From Halodesulfurarchaeum sp. (GTDB taxonomy: Archaea; Halobacteriota; Halobacteria; Halobacteriales; Halobacteriaceae): a stretch of 27,908 nucleotides of DNA. Below the pieces are notes generated by a model. It saw only the letters and a list, made by a program, of their open reading frames with translations, made no database searches and was not told the DNA's origin. The translations under genes were made by a program, and so were the position numbers. Each line of letters begins with the position of its first letter. The stretch's first letter is position 1. The DNA is taken from positions 14,881-42,788 of the forward strand of contig JBDGUI010000033.1 of NCBI GenBank assembly GCA_042216015.1. The letters are read 5' to 3'. Shown piece by piece: positions 17,497-26,065 of the stretch.

Positions 17497-17536
17497 CGAG
17501 ACCCACCCGTTCTCCGGCATGAAGACCCACCCGTTC
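17492..17536. repeat. 24-bp-period direct repeat GGCATnnAGACCCACCCGTTC x2 spanning the RHH start
   Basis: Copies at 17492-17512 and 17516-17536; 19 of 21 positions identical. Confidence 0.8.
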
Positions 17537-17685
17537 GGGCGTCCTTCGGCGTCTGTCGTCCCTCTGTACTCGCATGGTATTCTCCGAAGAATATCGCCTG
17601 GCGAGAGAAAAGGGCATCGCTCCAGGGAATCAAATCGGCGTCCAGCGCCAGCAAGCGGTTCGAACGCCCCCTCGTCGAGTGAGTC

Positions 17686-18249
17686 TCAGACCACCAGCAG
17701 CGCTCCCTCCATCAGTCCGATCGTGATCAGCAGCCGACCGACGCTCCCGGCGAAGGCCGCCGCGGCGAACCTCCGATACCCGCTACCGATGACCGAGAAG
17801 GCATAGATCGAGGCGGTGTCGGGAAAGAAAGGAATGCTGAGGCCCACGGCCATGCCCAGGTGCCCCCAGCGCCGCGAGATCCGGACCAGGGTCCGCTGTG
17901 ACCACTCCATCGGGTTGAATCCCAGGTGCCTGAGCGTCCGGATCACCGGCCCCGAATGGGTCGCGTTCTGGCCCACCGCCAGCGCGATCACGCTTCCAAA
18001 TGCCTTGCCCACCGCGCTCACGAGAATGACCAGCCCGACCTGCACCCCGTAAGGGAGGGGCGCGAGCGCCAGCGTGTTTCCCGCACAGACGAAGCCGACC
18101 GGGCAGAGCACCACTTCGTTCGGCAACGGGAGGACGAAGGCGATCAGGAACGAATAGACGAAGATCAACCCCAGTCCGCTCCACCCCGACGCGACGGTCA
18201 CCGCCGTCTCGAATCCCTCAATCCCCACGTCAACGAGGGCGTCGAGCAT
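17686..18249 (-). CDS. DedA/VTT (SNARE-associated, YqaA-like) membrane protein
   Basis: YSFLIAFVLPLPNEVVL, GKAFGS, SIPFFPD...YAFS and FAAAAFAGSVGR pattern. Confidence 0.78.
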   Translation of the reverse strand: MLDALVDVGIEGFETAVTVASGWSGLGLIFVYSFLIAFVLPLPNEVVLCPVGFVCAGNTLALAPLPYGVQVGLVILVSAVGKAFGSVIALAVGQNATHSGPVIRTLRHLGFNPMEWSQRTLVRISRRWGHLGMAVGLSIPFFPDTASIYAFSVIGSGYRRFAAAAFAGSVGRLLITIGLMEGALLVV

Positions 18250-18409
18250 CGTCCGATGGTCACCGTCACGAAACTAAACGGTGCCGATTGTGATAGCCTT
18301 CGAGGATTCGGCGACCCGAGACCGGGTGGACGGGTAGCCGTGTTCCGACGTGTCAAAAAGCGAGCGAGAAAGGGGCCGTGAGAGCCGCCGGCCGCTGCTA
18401 GCGAACCGA

Positions 18410-20689
18410 TTAGCCCACGTCGACCGCGCTCGGCGTCTTTCCCCGTCTGCCGCCCAGCGTCACGATCCAGAGCACGCCCAGACCGAGGAGATAGGCAAGC
18501 GAGGTCGGGATTGCGAGCAGGAACATCGTCCAGATGCTCTGCGAGGAGAGGAACGTCGAGAGCACGAAGATCACGAGGATCACGCCCCGCCAGCTCTTTC
18601 GCATGCGCTCGTAACTCACGATTCCGCCTCGATGGAACAGCCACATCGTGATGGGGATGTCGGCGAGCAGACCCACCCCGGCGGTCGTGAAAAAGACCAT
18701 CCAGAAGAAGTTGTTCAACCGATAGGCGACGACCATCCCGGCCTTGAGGGCGTCCCCGACGAGGTAGGAGATGATCGGGGGGGCGACGTAAAGATATCCC
18801 ACGATGCTCCCGGCGACCACCCCGAGGATGATCGAGAGTACCCAGACGGTGATCGCCCGGCGGTTGCCGGTGATCAGTCCGCGCTGCTCCAGCGCCGGCC
18901 AGGCATAGTAGAGGAGCACCGGCAGTGTCACCACGCCGGCGATGAGCATCGAGATCTTCGCCTCGAAGACCAGCGCCTCGACCGGGTGAAGCGTGATCGG
19001 CCACTGGATCTGCTGGGGGTCCGGACGTACCTCCGGTGGAATCCGCGAGATGAAGTCCGCGCGGATCGTCCCGATGCCCCCCCGGTAGAGGAACATGAAG
19101 AGCCCCGCCATGACGACCATGAAGATGGCGACGAGGTGAAACGCCCGGGAGCGGAGGCTGTCGAGGATGAAGGCGATGTCGTGGTAGTAGCCCCCGATGT
19201 CCTCCTCCGTGGTCTCCTCCTCGCTGAAGGCGTTGAAGATCCCCACCCCGGCGTCGGAGATGGCTTCGCCGACCCCAGATCCTGTCCGTCCGGGGAGGCC
19301 GTCAGGGGCGTCGTCGAACCGCTCGAAGATCGCCTCTGCCTTTTCGGGATCGTCCTCGTCCATGGCCTGCTGGGCGGCCTCGAGTGCGTCCTCCTCGTCC
19401 ATGACGGCAAAGACCTCCTCCGGCATGGCATGGACGCCCGATGCCCCGTGGACCGATTCGATGGACGGTGCATTCTTCAGCGTCTCGTGGGCCATCTCGG
19501 CTTCCGATCTGGATTCCTTCGTCTGTTCCTGCGCGGGTGTCTCCTCGGAAGAGGCGTCAACGGCGGCCGTCTCTTCAGGCGACAGCCCCCCTTCGGCGCC
19601 ACTCACCCCTTCCGGTTGTGCCTTCATCGTCGCCCGATAGAGCACGACCAGCGTGCCGAGGATCCCAAAGACGAGCGCCGCACCGAGCATCGCCACCGCG
19701 ATCGGAAATGGAGGCGACAGTCCCACCACCTCCTGGATTGGGGGGAGGGGTGCGGGTCGTATCGCCGCCGGCAGGTTCGGGCGGATCGACTCGTTGAGGA
19801 GGTGTCGCCCGCCGGCCCCGTAGAGCCAGTAGGCGAGTGCTGCACCGATCGCCGTCGACCCGGCGATGCGGTTGAGACGACGGCGGATGGCCGTGAAGAG
19901 GTCCAATCGCTCACGGCCGCGCTTTCCGGCAGTGACGATCTTCGAGAGATAGAGGCTGAACCCGTAGAGTATCAGGAGCGGGATCGCCCACATCAGCTGG
20001 GTGAACGGATCGGGCGGCGAGAAAAACGCGCCAAAGGTGAAGATCGCAACGACGGCGTATTTCCACTTGTCCCGGAAGGTTTCGTATGGAACGATTCCGG
20101 CATACGAGAGGGCCGTCATCATGAGCGGGAGCTGGGCAGCGAGCGCGAAGGAGAAGGCGAGCATCAGGATGAACTCGGTCCAGTGAACGATCGAATAGAG
20201 GGGGGCCAACCCCGCCCCCAGGGCGTTCTTCGCGAGGAACGTGAACATGATCGGGAAGAAGAGGAAGTAGGCGTAGCCGACCCCGACAGTCGAGAGGACG
20301 ATGGCGAGCAAAGCGAGTGTCACCACCTTCCAGCGCGACACGGAGACGTCGGGAACGAGATCGCGGTCGGCGAGGGGCCGTTTTGCGTAGTAAAAAAGGA
20401 CAGGGAGCGCCGCGATGATCCCGGTGGCGAGGCCGATTTTCACCTGGAGCAGAATGACATCGAAGGGCGTCTGGGCGATGACGCTGGCCCCGCGGGCGAG
20501 GAGGTCGGCCTTGAGCGTGGGCCAGATCCACACCCGCATGGCGATCACCCCGGCGAAAAGCCCCAGGACGAAGGCGACGAAGACGACCTTGAGACGCTGC
20601 TGGGTCGTCTTGAGAACGACGCCGATTGTCTGACGCCCGCTCTCGATCTGGCGAGCGGTATCCTCGTCTATCGGCCCCGGGGCACTCAT
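18410..20689 (-). CDS. tatCt: Twin-arginine translocase subunit TatC, tandem double-domain form (TatCt)
   Basis: Two TatC domains (TPFDVILLQVK...FSPPDPFTQLMWAIP and LHPVEALVFEAK...WRGVIL) joined by an acidic linker. Start placed at ATG 20689. Confidence 0.9.
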   Translation of the reverse strand: MSAPGPIDEDTARQIESGRQTIGVVLKTTQQRLKVVFVAFVLGLFAGVIAMRVWIWPTLKADLLARGASVIAQTPFDVILLQVKIGLATGIIAALPVLFYYAKRPLADRDLVPDVSVSRWKVVTLALLAIVLSTVGVGYAYFLFFPIMFTFLAKNALGAGLAPLYSIVHWTEFILMLAFSFALAAQLPLMMTALSYAGIVPYETFRDKWKYAVVAIFTFGAFFSPPDPFTQLMWAIPLLILYGFSLYLSKIVTAGKRGRERLDLFTAIRRRLNRIAGSTAIGAALAYWLYGAGGRHLLNESIRPNLPAAIRPAPLPPIQEVVGLSPPFPIAVAMLGAALVFGILGTLVVLYRATMKAQPEGVSGAEGGLSPEETAAVDASSEETPAQEQTKESRSEAEMAHETLKNAPSIESVHGASGVHAMPEEVFAVMDEEDALEAAQQAMDEDDPEKAEAIFERFDDAPDGLPGRTGSGVGEAISDAGVGIFNAFSEEETTEEDIGGYYHDIAFILDSLRSRAFHLVAIFMVVMAGLFMFLYRGGIGTIRADFISRIPPEVRPDPQQIQWPITLHPVEALVFEAKISMLIAGVVTLPVLLYYAWPALEQRGLITGNRRAITVWVLSIILGVVAGSIVGYLYVAPPIISYLVGDALKAGMVVAYRLNNFFWMVFFTTAGVGLLADIPITMWLFHRGGIVSYERMRKSWRGVILVIFVLSTFLSSQSIWTMFLLAIPTSLAYLLGLGVLWIVTLGGRRGKTPSAVDVG

Positions 20690-20786
20690 CGTGTAGGGGC
20701 TATCCGAGTCCCGACTATCAATCTTCTTCTCTCGGTCGGCGAGCAAACGAAAAGGCCCATAACGACCCCGTTGCCTATCCCCGGCT

Positions 20787-21944
20787 ATGTCGCGGGAGCC
20801 GGGCGAGGGCCCGGACGAGGACGGAGAGTCGGACGACCAGCCTGCAGAGCCGTCGCCGGAACCGAACTCGCAACCGGAGGATTCGGCGGAGGGCGTGGCC
20901 GAAGCCGACAGCGAGCCGAGGATTCACCGGCTCGAGGGTGGCCAGGACGAGACGGTCGAGGAGGCCGACACGGAACGTGCGGACGGGGATGACGGGTCGG
21001 CAGAGGTAACCGGGTCGGTAGATGTCACGGAACCCGCCGAAGGCGACGATGGCGAGGAAGTCGATGGCGGAGACGAAGAGCCTGAAGGGAGCAACAGGGG
21101 CAAAGAGGAGTCGGACGACGACGGGGAAGGCAAAGGAGAAAGCGACGAGGAGGTGGCGAGTGCAGACGACGGAAGCGAGGAAACAGGGCCAGCCATCACT
21201 CCTATCGAGCGCAAGACGGGCCCGCCTGAGGATCAGGAGCAGCCGCTGACCGAGCACATCGAGGAGATGGTCAAGCGGGTTGCCGTGGTCCTCGTGATCG
21301 CCGGACTCGTCAGCCTGCTCGCGTTCCCGTACGGCGAGGAGTTCATCAACTTCCTCTGGTACTCCGTGCTGCCGAGCGACATCTCGAAACCCCACGTGTA
21401 CCACCCGCTCGAGCTCATCGTCACCCAGCTGCAGGCGGCAAGCCTGCTCGGGGTGGTTCTCGCCCTGCCGGTCCTGGTCTATGAGACCTACGCGTTCATG
21501 CGACCCGGGCTCTATCCACACGAGCGGCGCTACTACCTCGCGGCGGTCCCGACGAGCCTCGTGCTCGCCTTCGTCGGGTTGCTCTTTGGCTACTTTCTCG
21601 TCCTGCCGGTGGTGATGAGCTATTTCATGCAGTACTCCCGGAACGTCGTCGATATCGCCTTCGCCCTCGGGGACACGTTCACGCTCATGCTCGTGCTTCT
21701 GGGCTTTCTCGCGGTCGTCTTCCAGATTCCGCTGTTCATCATGCTCGCGATCATGATGGGGCTGACGACCCGCACCTGGCTCGAGGAGAAGCGGCTGATC
21801 ATGTGGGGGGTCTTCGCGGGGATCGCCTTCCTGTTCAGTCCGGATCCGACCGGGATGGCCCCGTTCCTCATTGCCCTGACGATGATCGGGCTCTACGAGG
21901 GGACACTGCTCCTGTTGCGATGGACGGGTCGCGGAGCGCGGTGA
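20787..21944 (+). CDS. tatCo: Twin-arginine translocase subunit TatC (TatCo) with long acidic N-terminal extension
   Basis: PLTEHIEEM, YHPLE, FMRPGLYPHERRY, FQIP and FSPDPTGM...LYE motifs; divergent from tatCt. Confidence 0.9.
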   Translation: MSREPGEGPDEDGESDDQPAEPSPEPNSQPEDSAEGVAEADSEPRIHRLEGGQDETVEEADTERADGDDGSAEVTGSVDVTEPAEGDDGEEVDGGDEEPEGSNRGKEESDDDGEGKGESDEEVASADDGSEETGPAITPIERKTGPPEDQEQPLTEHIEEMVKRVAVVLVIAGLVSLLAFPYGEEFINFLWYSVLPSDISKPHVYHPLELIVTQLQAASLLGVVLALPVLVYETYAFMRPGLYPHERRYYLAAVPTSLVLAFVGLLFGYFLVLPVVMSYFMQYSRNVVDIAFALGDTFTLMLVLLGFLAVVFQIPLFIMLAIMMGLTTRTWLEEKRLIMWGVFAGIAFLFSPDPTGMAPFLIALTMIGLYEGTLLLLRWTGRGAR

Positions 21945-21985
21945 TGCCCCAATCGTTTAGCCCCTCGGGGTGAAGGGTCGAAGCG

Positions 21986-23971
21986 ATGGATATCGACGCG
22001 ATCCCCGGCGTCGGCCCGAAGACCCGCGAGGCACTGGCGACCCTCGAGGACCCGGTCGACGCGCTCGAACGGGGGGACGTCGCCACGATCGCGTCCGCAC
22101 GGGGAATCTCGCAGGGGCGAGCCGTCCGGATCGTCCGGAACGCGATTCGACACCGCCACGACGACCCCGGGGGCTTTCTGGCGACCGACCGGGCCGAAGC
22201 GGTCTACGAGGGGTTGCTCGCCGAACTCGCGGCCCGAACCGTCACCGATTACGGCCGTCACCGGGTCGAGACCTTCTATCCGAGTCGCGTCGAGGAGCGG
22301 ATCGAGGAGACCCGTGCCGTCGCCACGCGGGCGATGGACCGGGATCTCGACGAGGCCGTACTCGACACACTCGAGGGCGTCGAACCGCTTTCCGACCCGG
22401 GCGACCTCCGGGTGCGAGACCGGTGTCTGGCGACCGCCGACGCCGAGACGTACAGTCGAGCGAGGGACGCCATCCCCGAGGTGAGCGTCGAACTCGTCGA
22501 GGACGCCCGGGGGCTGGCCGATCTCGCCCGCGGATACGCGACCGTCATCGCGCTGGACGAGGAGTTCGCCGGAATCGACGTGGAGGGCGAGGTCCGAGTC
22601 GAACCGAGGGCGCTCGAGAACCCGATCGACGTGGTTCCTGAGCGGGTGCTCGCCTTCTACGGACGAAATCGGGACTCGATTCGCGCCGCGGCCGAGGTTC
22701 ACCGACGAGCGGGCCTCGAGACCGAACTCGGCCTCGAGGCGCTCCTGGCCGCCCTCGACCGGATCGACGGGGAGGGAACGGTCACGAGCGACGAGGAGCT
22801 CACCCGACTCTCCGAGGCCGTCGCGAACCTCGAAGACACAGTTACGGCCGCCGAATCCCTTGCCAACGATCGGCTCACCGAGGCAATCTCCGAGATGGAC
22901 GTCACCGTCGACGGGAGCGATCTCCTCTCGCTAGCAGAGCAGGGCGCCGGCGTCGATTCGATCCTCGCCCGGGAGCTGGAAACCGAATACGATGCCGCCG
23001 TCGAGGCGGCGAGGGACCACCTCGAGGAGCGCCTCGCTCTCGCCGAGGACGAACGGGCCATCGTCGACCGGCTCTTCCCGGCGGAGCCGACGTTCCCGAT
23101 CGAACGGAACGACGCGGCACGCTCGCGCCTCGAGGAGGAACTCTCGACCGCCCGGGACCGCCGGGCCAGGCAGGTCAAACAGGAGGTCGCCGGGGAACTC
23201 GCCGACCATCGCGAATCGGTCACCGAGCTGGTTCATCGGACGCTCGAACTCGACGTCGAGGGGGCCATCGCCCGGTTCACGGCCGATTTCGACTGCGTCA
23301 TGGCCGAGCGTGAGGGGCGGGGGTTCGACATCGAGGGTGGCCGGTCGCCCCTGCTCGAGGAGCCCCCCGAGGCCGTCGAACCGGTCGATTACGCCGTCGA
23401 CGGGGTGGCCCTCCTCTCCGGTGTGAACAGCGGCGGAAAGACCACCACCCTCGACATGGTCGCCTCGATCACGATCCTCGCCCACATGGGGCTCCCGGTC
23501 CCGGCCGAATCGGCGCGGGTGCCGACAGTGGAGGAGGTGCACTACCACGCAAAATCGAGCGGGACCCTCGATGCGGGCGCACTCGAAACGACGGTCCGTG
23601 ACTTCGCCTCTCTGGCCGCCGGAAGCGCGACGAAGCTCGTCCTCGTGGACGAACTCGAGAGCATCACCGAACCCGGGGCCTCTGCGAAGATCATCGCGGG
23701 GATCGTCGAAGCCCTCCAGGAGGCCGGCGCGACGGCGGTGATCGTCTCCCATCTCGCAGACGGAATCCGCCAGGCCTGTTCGACCGACGTCACCATCGAC
23801 GGGATCCGGGCGCTCGGCCTCGAGGACGGCGAGTTGCGCGTGGAGCGCTCCCCGGTGAAGGACCACCTGGCCAGATCGACCCCCGAACTCATCGTCGAGA
23901 AACTCGCCGGCGAGGCGCAGTCCGAAAGCGACGAGCAGTCGTTTTACCGACAACTGCTGGAGAAGTTTTAG
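21986..23971 (+). CDS. Haloarchaeal MutS-family ATPase (MutS5-like) with N-terminal helix-hairpin-helix
   Basis: HhH motif IPGVGPKT, Walker A SGVNSGGKTT, LAHMGLPVPA, Walker B LVLVDELE and IVSHL. No N-terminal mismatch-recognition motif seen. Confidence 0.85.
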   Translation: MDIDAIPGVGPKTREALATLEDPVDALERGDVATIASARGISQGRAVRIVRNAIRHRHDDPGGFLATDRAEAVYEGLLAELAARTVTDYGRHRVETFYPSRVEERIEETRAVATRAMDRDLDEAVLDTLEGVEPLSDPGDLRVRDRCLATADAETYSRARDAIPEVSVELVEDARGLADLARGYATVIALDEEFAGIDVEGEVRVEPRALENPIDVVPERVLAFYGRNRDSIRAAAEVHRRAGLETELGLEALLAALDRIDGEGTVTSDEELTRLSEAVANLEDTVTAAESLANDRLTEAISEMDVTVDGSDLLSLAEQGAGVDSILARELETEYDAAVEAARDHLEERLALAEDERAIVDRLFPAEPTFPIERNDAARSRLEEELSTARDRRARQVKQEVAGELADHRESVTELVHRTLELDVEGAIARFTADFDCVMAEREGRGFDIEGGRSPLLEEPPEAVEPVDYAVDGVALLSGVNSGGKTTTLDMVASITILAHMGLPVPAESARVPTVEEVHYHAKSSGTLDAGALETTVRDFASLAAGSATKLVLVDELESITEPGASAKIIAGIVEALQEAGATAVIVSHLADGIRQACSTDVTIDGIRALGLEDGELRVERSPVKDHLARSTPELIVEKLAGEAQSESDEQSFYRQLLEKF

Positions 23972-24039
23972 CGAAACGCATCTCGTCAAAAAGTGGGTGA
24001 TTCCTGCCGCACCCTGGAATTCCTCCATTTCGCGAAAAG

Positions 24040-24155
24040 ATGGTAATCCTATCAATATTTTTATTCTGGAATATTTTTACCTGAAATTCAAATAAAAATA
24101 CCCAGTAAATGAATGACTTCGACTAAACGAAATAACTAAGTTTGTTGTGAATTAA
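24040..24155 (+). promoter_or_regulatory. AT-rich regulatory region upstream of the NSS transporter
   Basis: The most AT-rich stretch seen in the window. AATATTTTTA occurs twice (24054-24063, 24070-24079), with an inverted TAAAAATA at 24093-24100. Confidence 0.55.
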
Positions 24156-24173
24156 CGCGAGGCACGATGCCAC

Positions 24174-25634
24174 ATGACAGAAGAAGCTAGTACGGCGCGG
24201 GAAGAGTGGGGAACGCGCTTCGGGTTCATGATGGCCATGATCGGGGCGATGGTGGGATCAGGGAACATCTGGCGAATGCCCTATACGACGGGGATGAACG
24301 GAGGTGGAGCCTTCCTCCTCGCCTATTTCATCCTGCTCTACGTCATCGCCGTTCCAGGCCTCATGGCCGAGACGATGATCGGCCGGTACACGCAGAAGGG
24401 GGTCATCGGGACGTTCAAAGAGATATTCGACAACAAGACGTTGCGCGGGCTGGGATTCGTGGTGGTCATCGTCAACGTCGCGCTGATGACCTACTACCTC
24501 CCGATCGTGGGAGAGATCCTCTACTACACGGTCCATTCGGTACTCTTCACCTTCATGGATCCGGGATTCCAGGCCGCCGCCTTCTGGGACAGTTTCATCA
24601 ATTCGCCCGTCCTGACGGTGGGCGCACACACCGCGACGGCCATCGCGGTCGCCGCGGTCCTGGCCCTGGGAATCAAGCGAGGGATCGAGCGAATGGCCAA
24701 GTACATGATTCCGCTGATGGTGATTGCGCTCGTCGCGGTCGCCATCCGAGGCGTCACGCTCTCGGGGGGTGTTGAGGGGCTGGCCTTCGCGTTCAACCCC
24801 GACTGGAAGTACATCCTCAAAAGCGAGACCTGGATCGCCGCGCTGGGACAGGCGCTGTTCTCCACCGGACTGGGATGGGGGGTTGCCCTGACCTTCGGGA
24901 GCTACCTTCGCAAGCACGACGATGTGCCACTCGGTGGCGCGTTATTCACGGCCGTGGGGAACACCAGCATCGGTCTGCTGGCAATCTTCGCGGTCTTCCC
25001 GGTGGTCTTTGCCTTCGGGCTGGAGCCGACCGCGGGTACGAAGCTCACCTTCATCTCGCTGGTGAAGGTCTTCCCGCAGATGCCCGGTGGTGGACTCTGG
25101 GCAATCGTGTTCTTCCTGGGATTCTTCTTTGCGGCGTTCACGTCCGCGTTCGCGCTCACCGAGCCCATCGTGACCACCCTCGATGAGGAGTTGGGCTTCA
25201 GTCGACTGCAGACCGTCGTCGGCGTGGTCTCTGTCATCTGGCTTCTGGGAATCCCGAGTGCGATCTCCCAGGACTTCCTCGGAACGATGGACTTCATGTT
25301 CGGAAACTGGGGGCTCCCGATCGCGACGCTCTCGATCATCACGATGGTCGCCTGGAAGTTCCGAGCCGAGCGAGGACGGGTCCTGGACTTGAACCGGAAC
25401 TCCGACATCTACATTGGCCCCTGGTGGAACCCGATCGTCAAGTATGCCATCCCGGCCGTGATGCTGTTCATCATGGGCTACGCGGCGGTGACCAGCCTGG
25501 GCACGAAAAACGAGGTGCTCATGTTCGGCGGCATCGCGCTCATGGTCGTCATCGTGGCCACGAGCCTGGGCCTCGCCCAGATCTTCGACTTGCGAACCGA
25601 GGACGAAAAGCCCGTGGTCTCGAGGGGTGACTGA
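24174..25634 (+). CDS. Sodium-dependent transporter, NSS/SNF (LeuT-like) family
   Basis: REEWGTRFGF...VGSGNIWRMPY...NGGGAF, GIERMAKYMIP, WIAALGQALFS and FGSYL; about 12 TM helices. Confidence 0.94.
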   Translation: MTEEASTAREEWGTRFGFMMAMIGAMVGSGNIWRMPYTTGMNGGGAFLLAYFILLYVIAVPGLMAETMIGRYTQKGVIGTFKEIFDNKTLRGLGFVVVIVNVALMTYYLPIVGEILYYTVHSVLFTFMDPGFQAAAFWDSFINSPVLTVGAHTATAIAVAAVLALGIKRGIERMAKYMIPLMVIALVAVAIRGVTLSGGVEGLAFAFNPDWKYILKSETWIAALGQALFSTGLGWGVALTFGSYLRKHDDVPLGGALFTAVGNTSIGLLAIFAVFPVVFAFGLEPTAGTKLTFISLVKVFPQMPGGGLWAIVFFLGFFFAAFTSAFALTEPIVTTLDEELGFSRLQTVVGVVSVIWLLGIPSAISQDFLGTMDFMFGNWGLPIATLSIITMVAWKFRAERGRVLDLNRNSDIYIGPWWNPIVKYAIPAVMLFIMGYAAVTSLGTKNEVLMFGGIALMVVIVATSLGLAQIFDLRTEDEKPVVSRGD

Positions 25635-25636
25635 CC

Positions 25637-25975
25637 ATGGCACTCACAGCAATCACGTGGGTCATGATGCTCGTCTCCATCGCCATCCTGTGGGGCGTCG
25701 CCAGCTGGGGCATGTACCGGACACTGAGAGACGAGGACCGGAAACTCGAACTCATCAATCGTCACGGCACGATTGACACCTACTCCCCGACCGCGCTTCG
25801 GGAGCTTCGAGAGTGGATCGAGAACAATCCTGAGGACCCGTACCGAGAGGAGGCGATCGAGCGCCACGACGAGTGCGTCAAGATCCTCCGGGAGAACGAG
25901 GAGACGTTCTACGACTGGAATCAGAAGCAGATCGAATCACTCGAGTTGATCGGGGAGGAATCGACGGCCAACTGA
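25637..25975 (+). CDS. Small single-TM protein, MetS-like NSS-transporter small subunit with soluble C-terminal extension
   Basis: Starts 2 nt after the transporter stop, behind a GGGGTGA Shine-Dalgarno-like sequence. N-terminus AITWVMMLVSIAILWG followed by an acidic helical C-terminus. Confidence 0.7.
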   Translation: MALTAITWVMMLVSIAILWGVASWGMYRTLRDEDRKLELINRHGTIDTYSPTALRELREWIENNPEDPYREEAIERHDECVKILRENEETFYDWNQKQIESLELIGEESTAN

Positions 25976-25979
25976 TCCA

Positions 25980-26000
25980 GCGCCCGGAGCGGTTTTTTGT
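25980..26000 (+). terminator. Putative terminator (short GC hairpin plus T6 tract)
   Basis: CGC-CCGGA-GCG followed by GTTTTTTGT immediately after the small ORF. Confidence 0.5.
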
Positions 26001-26065
26001 GATCGGTGAGTTCACGTGGTTATTGGCGGGAAGGGTTAAGTGTTCGTGGTGGCTCGGTTCTCATC

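Noticed and set aside
17483..17575. 30-aa minus-strand ORF (MRVQRDDRRRRTPERVGLHAGERVGLDAQD) overlapping the RHH start
   Set aside because: Its repeat content is explained by the 24-bp DNA duplication and it has no clean coupling geometry. It is not excluded, but it is unsupported.
18350..20992. 880-aa plus-strand ORF
   Set aside because: Antisense of tatCt; its H/R/D/E-rich pattern is typical of the reverse frame of a hydrophobic high-GC gene.
23972..26065. Replication origin (AT-rich DUE near cdc6)
   Set aside because: I see no ORB elements with G-strings flanking the AT-rich tract. The tract is about 1.9 kb from cdc6 and sits directly before a transporter, so a promoter is the simpler explanation.
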